Source of the DNA: Dimargaris cristalligena
Lineage: Eukaryota
NCBI GenBank assembly: GCA_003614675.1
Contig: ML002209.1
Coordinates: 62,001 to 109,954 of the forward strand
Reading direction: 5' to 3'
Length of the DNA: 47,954 nucleotides
Shown: positions 1-12,095 of the stretch, piece after piece
Numbering within the stretch: the first letter of the stretch is position 1
How the letters are laid out: every line of letters begins with the position of its first letter
Made by a program: the position numbers and the translations under genes
The notes under the pieces: generated by a model
What the model was told of the DNA's origin: nothing
Databases searched by the model: none
What the model saw: only the letters and a program-made list of their open reading frames with translations

Positions 1-1140
1 TTGGACCATTACGTGGAATACTTCGGAGGAAGTGTGTTTCTATTGTTGGGGTTCTTTATTATTCAAGTAACGACCGTGGTGATGCCCGTCCTGCAAACGT
101 TCCGGCAAGGTAATGTTGGTGGGCCCCTTCCTCCGGCCCCTTCAGCAGCAGCAGCAGCAACAACGGCGGTGGCGTCAAAGGGAGGACCCCCCACCCCTAC
201 TTTACCCCCCTTGCCACTGCCGTTTTCACCCTTATCGCATCCATCGGAATGGTTCACCCGCCATCGGACCTCCCCGCGTCCATACACTTGGGACGATTTC
301 CTCCTAGTCGTGGGTTCCACGGAACGGTGCGGCCAACTGAAGCAGTGGGCCACCATGTCGTTTTGTAATGAATTGGTCATGTTTCTCGAAGACTACCAAC
401 GTTTCAAAATGCACATTTTCCGGGTGCTGCAACTACCCATCCTTCCCGCCGCCACTACGGTGCCCGAGTCGATTACCGTTTCCCTGGGTACCCTAAATGG
501 CGGAAAAGGGAATACGGGTGGTGGGAGTGGGGGTAGTAGTAGTAGTAGTAGTAGTAGTAGACGGTCCGAAGACGACCTTTGGCCCTCGTCCCGACCTTCC
601 ACCAGTAATGATCCCCTATCGCTCATGGAACTACCCACCCCGGCCTACCAAACCATTCTCGAATCCCTCCAAGCCAATCAGACGTGGCTAAACGACCCCT
701 CCATGACCCTGCCCAACTTATCCCAGGTCACCCTGAAGATGCCGGTGACTGCAACGATAACGACAAACTTGTCGTCGAAAACCTCCTCCCCAGCTAGTTC
801 ACTCGCCGAAAAACTGGGCAGCGATGCTTTGAATTACCGTGCATTATCCCCCTCGCATTCCTCGACATCCTTATCCCGTATGCTGACTACCAATGAAGAT
901 GGCCCGACAATGGTCCCGTTGGACTGTCAGGTTATGGCCCGCAATCTATTTCGGCGGTATATGGTAAGCACCAGCGATATGGTTCTCAATATTACGGGAA
1001 GCCTCCAGGACGCCATTACCGCCGAAATCAATGCAGAGAGATTTAGCGTCGAGATATTCGACCAAGCCCATCAGGAAGTCCTTCGGATGCTCTACCTTAA
1101 CGTTTTCCCAAAATATTGGAATAGCCCCACTGGTAACTAG
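1..1140 (+). CDS. RGS-domain protein with upstream TM helix (7TM-RGS/GprK-like), 5' truncated by window edge
   Basis: The frame is open from base 1 to TAG at 1138-1140. A hydrophobic helix (VFLLLGFFIIQVTTVVMPVL) is followed by the RGS N-half (LKQWATMSFCNELVMFLEDYQRFK) and RGS C-half (LFRRYMVSTSDMVLNIT...IFDQAHQEVLRMLYLNVFPKYW). The halves are separated by a Ser/Thr/Gly-rich insert. Confidence 0.8.
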   Translation: MDHYVEYFGGSVFLLLGFFIIQVTTVVMPVLQTFRQGNVGGPLPPAPSAAAAATTAVASKGGPPTPTLPPLPLPFSPLSHPSEWFTRHRTSPRPYTWDDFLLVVGSTERCGQLKQWATMSFCNELVMFLEDYQRFKMHIFRVLQLPILPAATTVPESITVSLGTLNGGKGNTGGGSGGSSSSSSSSRRSEDDLWPSSRPSTSNDPLSLMELPTPAYQTILESLQANQTWLNDPSMTLPNLSQVTLKMPVTATITTNLSSKTSSPASSLAEKLGSDALNYRALSPSHSSTSLSRMLTTNEDGPTMVPLDCQVMARNLFRRYMVSTSDMVLNITGSLQDAITAEINAERFSVEIFDQAHQEVLRMLYLNVFPKYWNSPTGN

Positions 1141-1345
1141 CCACCTGTACTTAGTATTAGATGTCATTCTATATAGTTAGACTATAATCAACCTTCCTAG
1201 TTAACTTGTACAATTACTCCCTCACACCCAACTTTCGGTTCAATAAATATATCTACGTACCTATATTTATATATACTTGGATATAACACAGTAAAGCGAT
1301 AATTGTGATGGATGGCTATCCTAAGACTAAATGAATAGGGTAATG

Positions 1346-1372
1346 ATATATATATATATATATATATATATA
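1346..1372. repeat. (TA)n microsatellite
   Basis: Direct read. Others occur at ~1540, ~9565, 26289-26317, 26494-26519 and ~41200. Confidence 0.9.
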
Positions 1373-1539
1373 AACGGGTAAAAAGATTTCAAACTCCGAG
1401 TAATATAGATGTAAATGATACTTAACCTAAATGAAGGTATAAAGAAAGTAGGGGTTTTTGGGGTTGAAATAGCTCTGACGAACACAAGGTGGACAACGAA
1501 ACCATCCTTTAGTAGAGCCCCCGGCGAGAGTACTGTGAC

Positions 1540-1570
<31 letters not shown>

Positions 1571-2038
1571 ATGTTTGTCCCAATCCCAAATCAGTCCATA
1601 GGGTATCACTGGTACGGGAGGTTTGCAGGCTTAGGTAAATATAAAGTATTCGAAACAAAAAGGGGGGAACGAGCATTTCAGGGATACGCTGAGTTTGACC
1701 AAAGTGATCTTTCTCCTCGAGAAAAGAAATCTATTGGATGAAAAGATATAAAGCTTGGAAGAAAAAACCACTGTGGCCAAAAAAAAATAATCTCCTACCA
1801 TACCAAAGCAATTCACTCCAGCGGCTTTTTTTTTATAAAAAAAATCGAAATATATCCAATAAAAAAATCGAACAATAGGATACTGCAAACGGCCACATGG
1901 CTCTCGAAAAGATAAAAGGCAGATCAGATTCTGGTCCGATTCATCCGTACCCTTCCTTCTCAGCTCAACATGACGACAAGCTGGGGCCTCGATCATACCT
2001 ATCGTAATCCCCTCCCTTACGGCCCCCGATGCCGATAA

Positions 2039-5000
2039 TTAGACCAAGGCCGAAGCGACCGCAGTAGCGGTAGTGGTAATCCCACCCGTCTGTTTAGCCC
2101 GTTTGAAGTCCTCTAAAGACTTGAAGTCACGTAGAATGACCTCCAGTTCGGGTATCACTTCCAACGGCCGGGTCGTCTTATCCTGTCGATAAAACTGGTA
2201 AGCCCAGAACTTCTCGAGTCCGTACATTTGATTCTCCCCGCCATTCTCGTAGTCACGCAGGGTTTCCGCTTGGAAATCGTCGTAAATATCCGAACGGAAT
2301 TTCTGTTCGAGGCCGTACGAGTAGAACCGGAAGAGGCATTCCAAACCGTACCGGTACTGGGAGCGGGCATCTTCAATGGCCAGGCGTTTGAATTCGGTGT
2401 ACATGCGGCGGTTGAAGTGGTCACGTAGGAAATGGGACCAGAAGCGGAAGAGGGTATTCATTTCCTGGGACTGGCCGACACCCAGGCGCTTGCGTTCGCG
2501 CAGTGCCTTGGCGTGGTACCGGTGGTACTTGTGCTGCACGAATCCATTTTCCCGGAGGAGTTCGTGACTGGGGTGTTCGAAAGTCGGGAAAGATTGGGCC
2601 AGGCCGTCGTAGGACGTACCCAAAGCGCCACTGCCACCTACACTGCCCCGGTGGTTGTTGAACGAACTACCGGCCGGCGAAAAGGCCAGGGCTGAGGAAC
2701 CCAGTACTGAGTCGGGGTGATCCGGCTGGTCGCCAACCAACCAACCAACAGCAGTCTGCGCATGGTGCTCCCGGGCGTTGTAAGACGCCGGGCGGAACAC
2801 TCCGTCGATATTGTGCGAGTTAACTGACTGAGACGCCCGGCGCTGATCGGCATGGCCGCGGCCAACGGATAAGTTACGGCCTGAGCCACCGCGCGGCTCC
2901 TTGACGGGGATAAAACGGGGCACAGGCTTGCCACGCAGAGCCGGTTGTTCCTTATCCCGGCTGGCCCCCCGAATGGTGACGGACTGGTTCGAGATACCCA
3001 CCGTACCAAAGGGTCGGGAAGACGACACCCGACGGTTCCGATAGGGTTTGGAGCCGTCCGTATCGACCTCACCGGAACTGCTCTGCTGCCACCGCTTGAA
3101 TTCTTCCTCGTGCACCGTCTCGATCTTGGTGACCGTCGGGCGGCGCGTGGCTAGCTTACCACCATGCAGGTCACGCTCATAGTAGTATAGACCTTCATTG
3201 ATCATGTCGGCGATGTCGTCGTTCATGGCCTTACGCTCGTAGGGGACATGGGAGCGATCGCGACGCCGCTCCGTAACGATGAGCAAGGCGGCGATGATTT
3301 CGTCATCAACATCATCGTCGTAGACGTCTTCGTCCATTTGGAACGTAGATATCCCGTAACTACCATCGTCATCGGAAAAGTCACTTTCGTCGAATTTGGG
3401 GCGGTGACCGCTGCGGGTATCCTTCTGGAAGCTCTGTTGGCCAGAGGGGTCGAAGTCATCGTCCTCAAAATCGAATACGGAGTCCTGGTAGGTTGGACGC
3501 ACATTTGGTTGGCGCTGACCGGGAAGTGCCGAACCACTGCGGGAACGGGACTGGCTTCCATTGGCGCCGGATTGGGGGGTGAGGCCCCGGCTGGTCTGAC
3601 GGCCGTTAGAATGAGCATTAGACGGACTTCCATGTTGGCCTAATCCCAGACGAGGGTGGCGAGGGTGGCGAGGGGGGCGCTGATGCGTAGGGGTCACTGG
3701 GTATTTGGCGCCCGCGGTGAATTGCTGTGATGGGACAACCAAAGGTTGGGCTGAGGATCAATTGATTAATTAGAACGGGGCAATAAGGAATAGATCAAAC
3801 GAAAAATGAAGCAAGTGGAACATGGGATATATAGTCCGAAGTAAACAAGAAAACATAAATCCCGGCCAATATAGTAAAAGATTAAGGAAGGGGACGATTG
3901 GTATAGTTAAGGGCACAATTCCAATGAGGGTGTTGGGTTGTACGTAAGTGGTAAAGAAAAGGCCGCGGGACGATCGCCAAGTATCGAAGCGAGAAACGAG
4001 GGGTTTTTTATTTATGCGAGTTGAAAGAAGTGGGTTGATGGATTGGGTTGGAGAGGAGTGGGCAATACGAACGGATAGGGGCGGATTTGGGAAGATTGAA
4101 GAAAGGGAACACAGCGAAATGGAAAGGACATCAATGTAGGCATGAATAGGTTAGTTAAAGTTGACGCCATTCCAAAAACAGTGGCCGTAAGAAAACGGAG
4201 ATATAGTTTTGGGGCTAACGGAATGTCATCAACGGGTATGAAATAGACCGCAACTGGCATCAAAATTAAGTTGGAAAGTAGAAAAGGGCTCGCGTGATCA
4301 AACTGAACAGCGGGCCAAAATTAGAGACGAAAAAAATAGGGATCCCCCATCGAGATATATATGTATAGATATAAAATAGTCTGAAACTATAAAGGATAGG
4401 ATATATGGAAGGCCATTCAGATGTAGGAAGAATGAAGAAATTAATAGTAATAATTAAAACAAAAGATCAAATAGGCCCGGAATTTTAAGAGTAGACCAGC
4501 AAACTGAACTCATTAAAGATGACAAGTAAAGGGAATATTTAAGAATAGAGTTGAAGAAATCCAACCCACAAAACTATTTAAAAAAGGAAGGGCACTAAAT
4601 AGTGGTATTTTGAAGGAGGGAGTGGTGTGTGGCGACGGTGGCTCTGTCGAAAGGAGGGCAGTGATAGAGAGTATAGATGGAAAATATAAATAGAGTGTAA
4701 ATATATAGGTATTGGATTTGAAGAGAGTAAGGCAGAAGAATCCCCCCGCTGAGAGTCACACACAAAAAAAACGGCCCGGAAAAAAATGAGGATTTAAAAA
4801 AAAGCGGGCCGCGCTAAAAATAATGAAGTAGACCTCTCCTAGGTTTAATAGTAATTGGTTTATATCGATAAAAAAAAGGAGGCTTAAATAGCGAACATGT
4901 TGGCGGGCGGGGCTTGGTGTAGAGGGAAGCTGGCATTGGGCTTACATTTTTCGGAAGAGGCAGTCGTTTGAGCTAGCCCGGACTGGGGAGCCGGGGTAGT

Positions 5001-7014
5001 TGGGAAGGGCAAAGTCTACAAGAAACGAGGGAGAAGTAGTAGGGCGTAACGAAGTGGGAGAGGGAGACGCGGTCGACGCATCATAGATGAATAGGGTGGG
5101 TTTGGGTTAGCAAAGGCCGCTCTAGGTTACAAAGGTTGGCGCGATTATGACAAGAAAAGGGGAAGGGGAGTGGGGGGGACAAGGGAGTTCACGAACTAGG
5201 GGGACCCGGTTGGAATTAATATGAAGAACCGGTAGATGACAGGGGAATATAGTTTGGATTAATCAAGGAATCCCCCTCACCATTCCAGAGGGCCCGGCGC
5301 TATAATGCCCAGCAGATATCGATTAGACACCTACCTCCTTTTTCAGCAACCAGCGCTGCCAGTCACCCTTCTTGCGAATCCCGGCATCGATGACTTCCAC
5401 GATTTCACTCGTGGCAAGCGCCTCGCGGATAACGGCATCATCCGTGGTCAGGGCTCGCACTCGGTTGAAACCCGCCACCAGGGCGAGAGGGACGAACCCT
5501 TCTTCGCTCATCTGGGAGCGGAAGAAGACGTCCTTCAAAAGATTGTCCACACTAAAGTAGAATTCCACTTGGTGACGGACAAAGCTCTGCAGAGTGGAGG
5601 TATCCACCCCATCCGTGGAGGGTAGCGGCGGGGGAACGTTAACCATCGGGAAATGAGGGCCACGGCGGGGATAGCCTAGACCCGGGTGGGACTGAGCACC
5701 ACCCCGGTGGGTACGACCCGATTGGTTGGCCGGCCGCCGGTTGCGTGGGGGTTGATTGGGATCACGGGGTCCACGCTGGTTGGTACGGGGGCCGTTATGT
5801 GACTGCTGGGGCTGCGAGTGCTGCGTGGAATGGGCGTGGGAGCCTTGGGGAGAAGTCTGGGAGGTCGAGCCCCGGGGGGTGGAGCTGGGGGAGGTGGATT
5901 CGTTAGCGATGCGGGCCTTGGCACCTTCAGTAGCCGGGGTCTCGTTTTCGGTAGCATTAGTCGACACCACAGTCGAAGTAGACCGGGGCTGGCGTGGGCC
6001 AGAATGACTGGCCGAGCGCTGGCCACCATTGGTCTGACCAGCCCGATTCGACAGACGTGTCCGCTCACCGCGGGGGCCGTTCAGGTTGTTACCGGGGATG
6101 TTACGACGGGGCTGGGTCATGACCTCCTTGGCTTCACCTTCGGTACCTGGGGCGGTCTGGGAGGGGGTATTCGCCGGTTGGGATGATCCCGACCGCCGCT
6201 GGGTCTGGGGTTGGGGAGATGAAGACGGGGCAGCTTCCGAGGGAATATTCCGGGAACGACCCGGGTTGCTCCCGGACTTGCGACGGTTGTTGTTGTTGTT
6301 GTTATTGCCGGTGTTCCGTGGGGCGGCCTCTTTGGCGGATGAGTCGTTAGAGGCAGCAGGGATGGCAGCCGCGGTGGCATCGGAGGCCTCCTCAGCCGGG
6401 GCCGTTCCGTCGGCAGCGGATCTAGGGAAACGTTCACCCGTCTTGGGGCCGGCATTCGGGCGGCGGGTCCGGCGACGGTCAGCGCTCTGGTTGGCACCGG
6501 GTTTACTATGCGTGATTTCCACTTCCATGGGGACCCACTTGCCCTTGGCGCGCTTAGATGCAGCATCGGCCGATTCGGTATCCGAGACCACGGCCTTGGG
6601 TTCCTTGGCCGGAACAACAGCAGTTTCCGCACTGGGGGACTTCACGGGCACCTTGATATCAGCGGGGGCGGGCCACAAGTTAAGGTCCTGGAGAGGAGTG
6701 GGGGTTTCGGCGGTAAGCTTCTTGGCGGACGGCTTGCGAGTCACCACCGCTGGGGTCGGTTCTTCAACGGGAGCCTTGATTTCAGCGGGAGTCTGTGATT
6801 GCTTGCGGCTGCTCCATACATTGACAGCCGGGGCCGGGGCGGGTGGTAGCTGAGTAAGCTTATTGGGTTTTGATTCGGTGGGCTTGGCTGGGACCAGGGT
6901 GGGCTGAACGGTCAGGGTTTCCATAGTGGTCTGCAGACTGGAGAGGTCCTGGGCCGAGTCGGAGCGGTTAGCGGTAGGGGCTGTTGAGCCAACAACGGGT
7001 TGCTCAGACGACAT
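2039..7014 (-). CDS. LARP1: La-related protein 1 (La motif + DM15 cap-binding repeats), 3 exons, ~1153 aa
   Basis: Exons (minus) are 7014-5335, 5015-4946 and 3750-2039. Donors GTAGGT/GTAAGC and acceptors TAG/CAG; phases 0 and 1 join exactly (3462 nt total). La motif: [45 protein letters not shown]. Conserved [12 protein letters not shown]15: [12 protein letters not shown]...[14 protein letters not shown]...[15 protein letters not shown]...YGLEKFWAY. Confidence 0.92.
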
Positions 7015-7112
7015 GGTCGATGGTGGAGATAGTAGGGTTATGGTGGTTGAAACGGAGGGAAAAGGAATGAGAGGTTGGACGAAGAGTGCTGGAATCACTC
7101 GGACGTGGGTGT

Positions 7113-7669
7113 CTATACTGGGGTTATATGCGGAGGCAAAGGCGACCGGGAAGAAGCAGAATAAGTGAAAAGGGGTTAGGAGAGCGACGTTAAGGAGTGT
7201 GAATAGGAGACAAGGGAGGAGATAAAGGAGCCGCCTTGTGCAAGGGGAAGGGGCGTACGATCCAAAAAGTCAAGGAATTGGAAGGTAGGAAATATAAAAA
7301 GGAGAATATGGTAAAGAAGAGAACGAAGAACTCGGTTGGGGAATCAGCGATCCAGCCGACTTTGTAGCCAGGGCATATATAGAAAGCAGTGTCTTTTATG
7401 ACAGCGCCCCCCTCTCTTTCCCCCACGCAGCCAGCCGGGGGCAGCAGGTGGCCTGTGTGATCCACTCGGTGGGAAGGCGGAGGGGGAAAACCAGGCCGGC
7501 TGGGCAGTAGTAGTAATGGTGGGGGTGGTACCACGACGGTTCTCTATATGCGTCCCGGTGTGATACGACAATCATACGGGAACGAGGGGTAGCTATATCT
7601 CTAATAGCCCTTCTTCCTTCCCGCTGAATACACGGCGGAGAAGTAGAATACAAGGGTGACGGGGCTTAC
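7113..7669 (-). other. Probable 5'UTR intron of LARP1
   Basis: Minus-strand AG|GTAAGC donor at 7669, CTAAC branch-like site near 7175-7179, and TAG/CAG acceptors at 7113-7120. The exact acceptor is uncertain. Confidence 0.45.
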
Positions 7670-9403
7670 CTGCTAAGGAAACAGCGGGACGATGGGAGGG
7701 GGATCGGCAGGATCACAGGGTATATATATAGTTATATGCGGAAAATAGGCAACTAAACCCGGCAGGCTCCAACTGGTCGAGGATAACCAGAGGGGAGCGA
7801 AGTGTGCGACGGGAAGCGGAAGCAGAGGAGAGTATAAAAGGGGGATCAGACGAACTGATCAAACACACACAGACACGCAGATCGCAAAGGAAACGAGGCG
7901 GGGGGAAGGATCCGAGCGATGGAGGGGGAAACGGATCAACGAAGAAACGGGAGAGCATAGAAGGGGGGAAAGGAAGGATCTGTTCTGGTGGGGGTGGGGG
8001 GGCCTACCCAAATAACCACCAGACGTTTCCCCTCCCCAGACAGTTAGTGAGGGATGTTGCGTCCACCCCACCCAACAACTCTCTCTCTCTCTCTACGGCT
8101 CCGCTGGGTATTCTATTCAGCGCTGAGCCAATTTGACGGTCCTAATTCCGGTGGCTTTTTTTTCCAAATAAAGCGGAAAAATAAGGGCGACGACCCTCAC
8201 TCACTCACCACCTCACTTTAAGATTAAGCCGGCATGGTTGGTCCAGACGGTTCCACCCCCATAGAGACTGTATACCCACCCTTCCCTCTACCAAACCCCC
8301 CTCGCTGCACCAAAGGAACGCAGGCCCAATCTAATCAAATTGGGGACTCCTTTAATGGCCAATTACGGAGGCTATCCAACGCAGATGTACATGTACATAC
8401 ATGTCTAAAAGACAGGTAAGTTATTGGAAGGGGTAGTCCAGAGCCATTGGGGCCCCGCCTCTAACACCGATGAACCATACCATAATACTTGGGAGGAGGA
8501 GGGTATCACTAAAGTAATGAATAACCTTCAGACATCACGGAGAGGATGGGCGCTGCCCTGATCTGCCTGAAAGTGGGCGCATCATCATCTCCTCTCTCCC
8601 CTCCCCTCCGCTTCACATAATCTGTTCCCTCGGACACGTGTCGCTAATTGACACGCCCAACCCCATCATCACCATCACCACCATCATCATTATCATCCCC
8701 CTACGCTAATTTAACCAAACACCTGATGGTGCAAATGCATCATTCTGGGCTGGCATTGGGGTTATCCCAATAAATAACCAGCCTGATTAAGACACTTGAG
8801 CCGCTATGTTTAACCTCGTGTTACTTATCTGGTTTCCCATCGGCATTTGACGAGCTTGCCGAATGAAGGTGGAACACAACGGGGGGACAGGAGGGTGCCA
8901 AGGCAAGCCGGGTCACATTGCTAAGAAGGACGGCTCGGCAACGACCACAGCGAGAGAGAAAGAGCGTGGTTTGCAGGATGGAAGCACACGTACAACCCCC
9001 ACGCCTGCAATCCACATGTCCATGCGCTTATTAATGATCTAGTGAAGGGATTCGTCGAAGCATCTGGGCCCCAATGAACAAGTGGTTTGGAAAAGGACTG
9101 GAGTATAAGGAAACAGATGGGTCCGACAAGGGATCACCTTAGGCCGGGCAGCCTACTAGATTCCAAACCCCACGGAAATGCAAAGGTCCTTTTAGGGGCT
9201 GCTCTACTAGTAATTATGGACGACAACACCATTTATTCATTCAATGCAATCGCTGGTATAAACAAGCAACCCACCCCCACAATGTCACGGACATTTACGA
9301 TTTTGAAGATAAATAATAATATTAAAAAGTGCGGTAGGCGCCTCCAGTCAATGATTATAGAATAGAGCAGGGGCTTTCGACTCACGCACGCCACACGTCA
9401 CAT

Positions 9404-10862
9404 TTAGTTGGCTAAAGTGGTTGACTCCATTGGCGGTAGCGTCACTGAAGGAGTGGGGTTGGATTTGGGAATCCGGTGCAAATAGCCGAATCCGATATCA
9501 CAGCCGAGCAAGCCTTCACCGCCCCAGTTTCGCTGCGGCGTAATGGTTATCTAACGGGTCCGAATATATATATATATGTATATATATATATAAATAGTAT
9601 AAAAATCAAGGCATGATCAATATAATATAAAAAGTCGGGCGGTAGCCAAACGAGTCACCCGGCCCATATAGTAAGTACACCATTCCCGCTGGCGTAATAT
9701 AGGAGGCCGGGATTACAAATCCAAATCCCCCCAGGCCTCTCCCTCTTCTGACTTACCTGGCGACAGCTACCCGACTTGGTATTGTACACCAACAGCTGCA
9801 TTGGCTTATCCACATGGCTAGCCACCATGTACGAAAAGTCCATCTCATTCACAAATGCCGTTTCGGGCGTGCCAACAATATAATCGTCAAATGACTGTAG
9901 TCCCGCCGCAAAAGCTGGCGAGTCCGGGCTGACATTCAGGATATGCCATACGTTGGCTTCGACGCTCTTGGCATCGCAAAACCGGACCGTACAACCCAGG
10001 GCACCGCTGTGGGGTTGGTCCGTCCAGCCCGTCCGGGGGACGATCTGAATCTCCCGCAGGGAACGTTCCTTGCTCGAATACACCCCGAGTTTGATGGCTT
10101 GGCCGAGGTGTTGCTGGATCTGGTCCGCTAGGATCAGATCATCCGCCTCAGTCTAAGTGGATATGTAGGGTTAGTTGGTGAACCCCAAGGTTATATATAT
10201 ATATAAACAGGGACCATATAGCGGATGAGGAGGGGAATAGTAGCATAGTATGTGAATATAGTCAGTACAGACAGCACCACGGGGCATCATAAATAGCTAT
10301 TAGAAATCGGCGGTGGCTCCCTCGGCCATATGATCAAGCTTAGTTCTAGGCTTGGATTATATATATCTACATGTTCCAGCGAGTCTACTATCTCGATACA
10401 TTAACCTACCAGGAACCGGTCATTAACCGACACTATGAAGTCGAAATAGGGGGAGAGCCCAGCCTCAAACGCTGGTGAATGATTCGAGACCTATACGTTC
10501 AGATAAACAGGAAGTAAACATTATGTGATGCTAGAGGTAAGTAAGTACTTTAAGTTCGCTAAGCCCATAGCCAACCCATTCAGGCTATCCCCCCCCCCAA
10601 TTCCTGGGAGGGTACAAGGTGCCTCTTTGGCGTTATAGCCTCGACACAGAGACCTGACTTGGCTTATGGCGAAGCCACAACGGGACTGATTCTATCCAAG
10701 GTGAAAGTGTAATGCCAGGCACCGAAGCAACTCGGTTTGGAAGGGTCTGTACTTGAGTCCGAAGGTGAAGTGGCCTCCTATAGCGCCATTCAAAGCACTT
10801 ACATGTAGGACATGGAAGCCCGTGATGGCCGCAGCGTGTTCGGCGGATTGCTCGGCACCCAT
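9404..10862 (-). CDS. GRH1: Golgi reassembly stacking protein GRASP55/65 (Grh1/GORASP2 family), 4 exons, 227 aa
   Basis: Exons (minus) are 10862-10803, 10490-10410, 10152-9757 and 9550-9404, all phase 0 with GT..AG. Translation: [35 protein letters not shown]..|..[50 protein letters not shown]..|[28 protein letters not shown]. This is the tandem GRASP PDZ pair. Confidence 0.93.
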
Positions 10863-11445
10863 GGTATAGGGATAGTATGGCGGGGCTCGAATGGATTTCG
10901 GTAATATCGATACGACGACGGGCGGGGAAGCGTAACAATATACAAGATTGTGTGGGGGGGTAAGCCCTGGAAAATAGCAGGAATGGATAAATGGAATAAC
11001 TAATGGTCAGAGGTGAATTGTTAAACAACCATCGAATGGCTACGGAATGTGGAGCAGATGTGGTGGCCCCCACAAGCATCTGGGGAATATTGCGGTTGAC
11101 TATCACACCCCGCCTCCCATCTCTCATACACCCGCATACCACCCATACACACACACATATATACACATAAACATGCCGAAGTTCAAGTGATGATCCATAA
11201 CAATATTGGTCGGGTCAGCGGGTGATGGTGGAGGTACTTCTAGCGATGTACAAAATGTAAACACATGATGACTTGTCGGCTGCCTGTTTAATCACAGACA
11301 TTATCGGAGTCACGCCCCCCTACCCACTTTTGATAACCGAAATGTCAAGATTGTCAATATAAAACGGTTAATCTGCTAGCATTTTAACATCATAATCCGG
11401 ACAAAAAGAGGAAACAGATATTAATGCCAACCAAGTACATATACA

Positions 11446-11447
<2 letters not shown>

Positions 11448-11480
<33 letters not shown>
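11448..11480. repeat. (TA)n microsatellite
   Basis: Direct read. Confidence 0.9.
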
Positions 11481-11482
<2 letters not shown>

Positions 11483-12095
11483 ACCAAATTCTTGCGTAGT
11501 AATGTAGAGTATTTCCTCCCCTCAATTTGCGCCAGTTTTAACTTATTCGCATACTTTCATTTCCTACATGGTTTGCTCCGAACCACTCGCATGCCAGTTA
11601 TAAAACAATTAACCCGTTTTACTCACAGGTAAGAAGCAGCTTGAATATATTAGTTTGACGCGTCATTGCTCCCATTTAAGCCACCTTCCCAAACATGGAC
11701 AGCGGTAGCACTTCCCCTACAGACAAACAAGCCCACTCCAACCACCGCTCAAACAGTGGTGTGCGTATTTTTTAAGTAAATATTATATTACAATAGTTGA
11801 CTCACAATAACAGCTTTTGAAGAAATAACGTTCATGAGGGAATAAAATAGTGAGTGTGTGGTACATACGACGAAACGAGTCGATTGGAAAATAGTCTTTT
11901 GCGCGAACCTTGAATGTACGGCACTGATTGGCAAAAATAATGGCTTATAAGACGATGTGTGAAGGACCCGGGTAAGATTATCAAATGAGGAAAATGAGGC
12001 CGCCAAAAGATTGGCAGACGGACAGACAGATAGGTCTCGTACAGTAGTAGTGAACAAACTGGCAGGCTAACTGTAGGGTGATCAGGAGACTAAGA

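Noticed and set aside
4160-4233. SECIS element or C/D snoRNA
   Set aside because: AUGA has no opposing GA for the SECIS quartet, no in-frame UGA gene is nearby, and no box D was found.
9751-9760. U1 snRNA 5' end (ACTTACCTGG)
   Set aside because: It is the reverse complement of the GRASP exon 3 donor site, and no U1 body follows.
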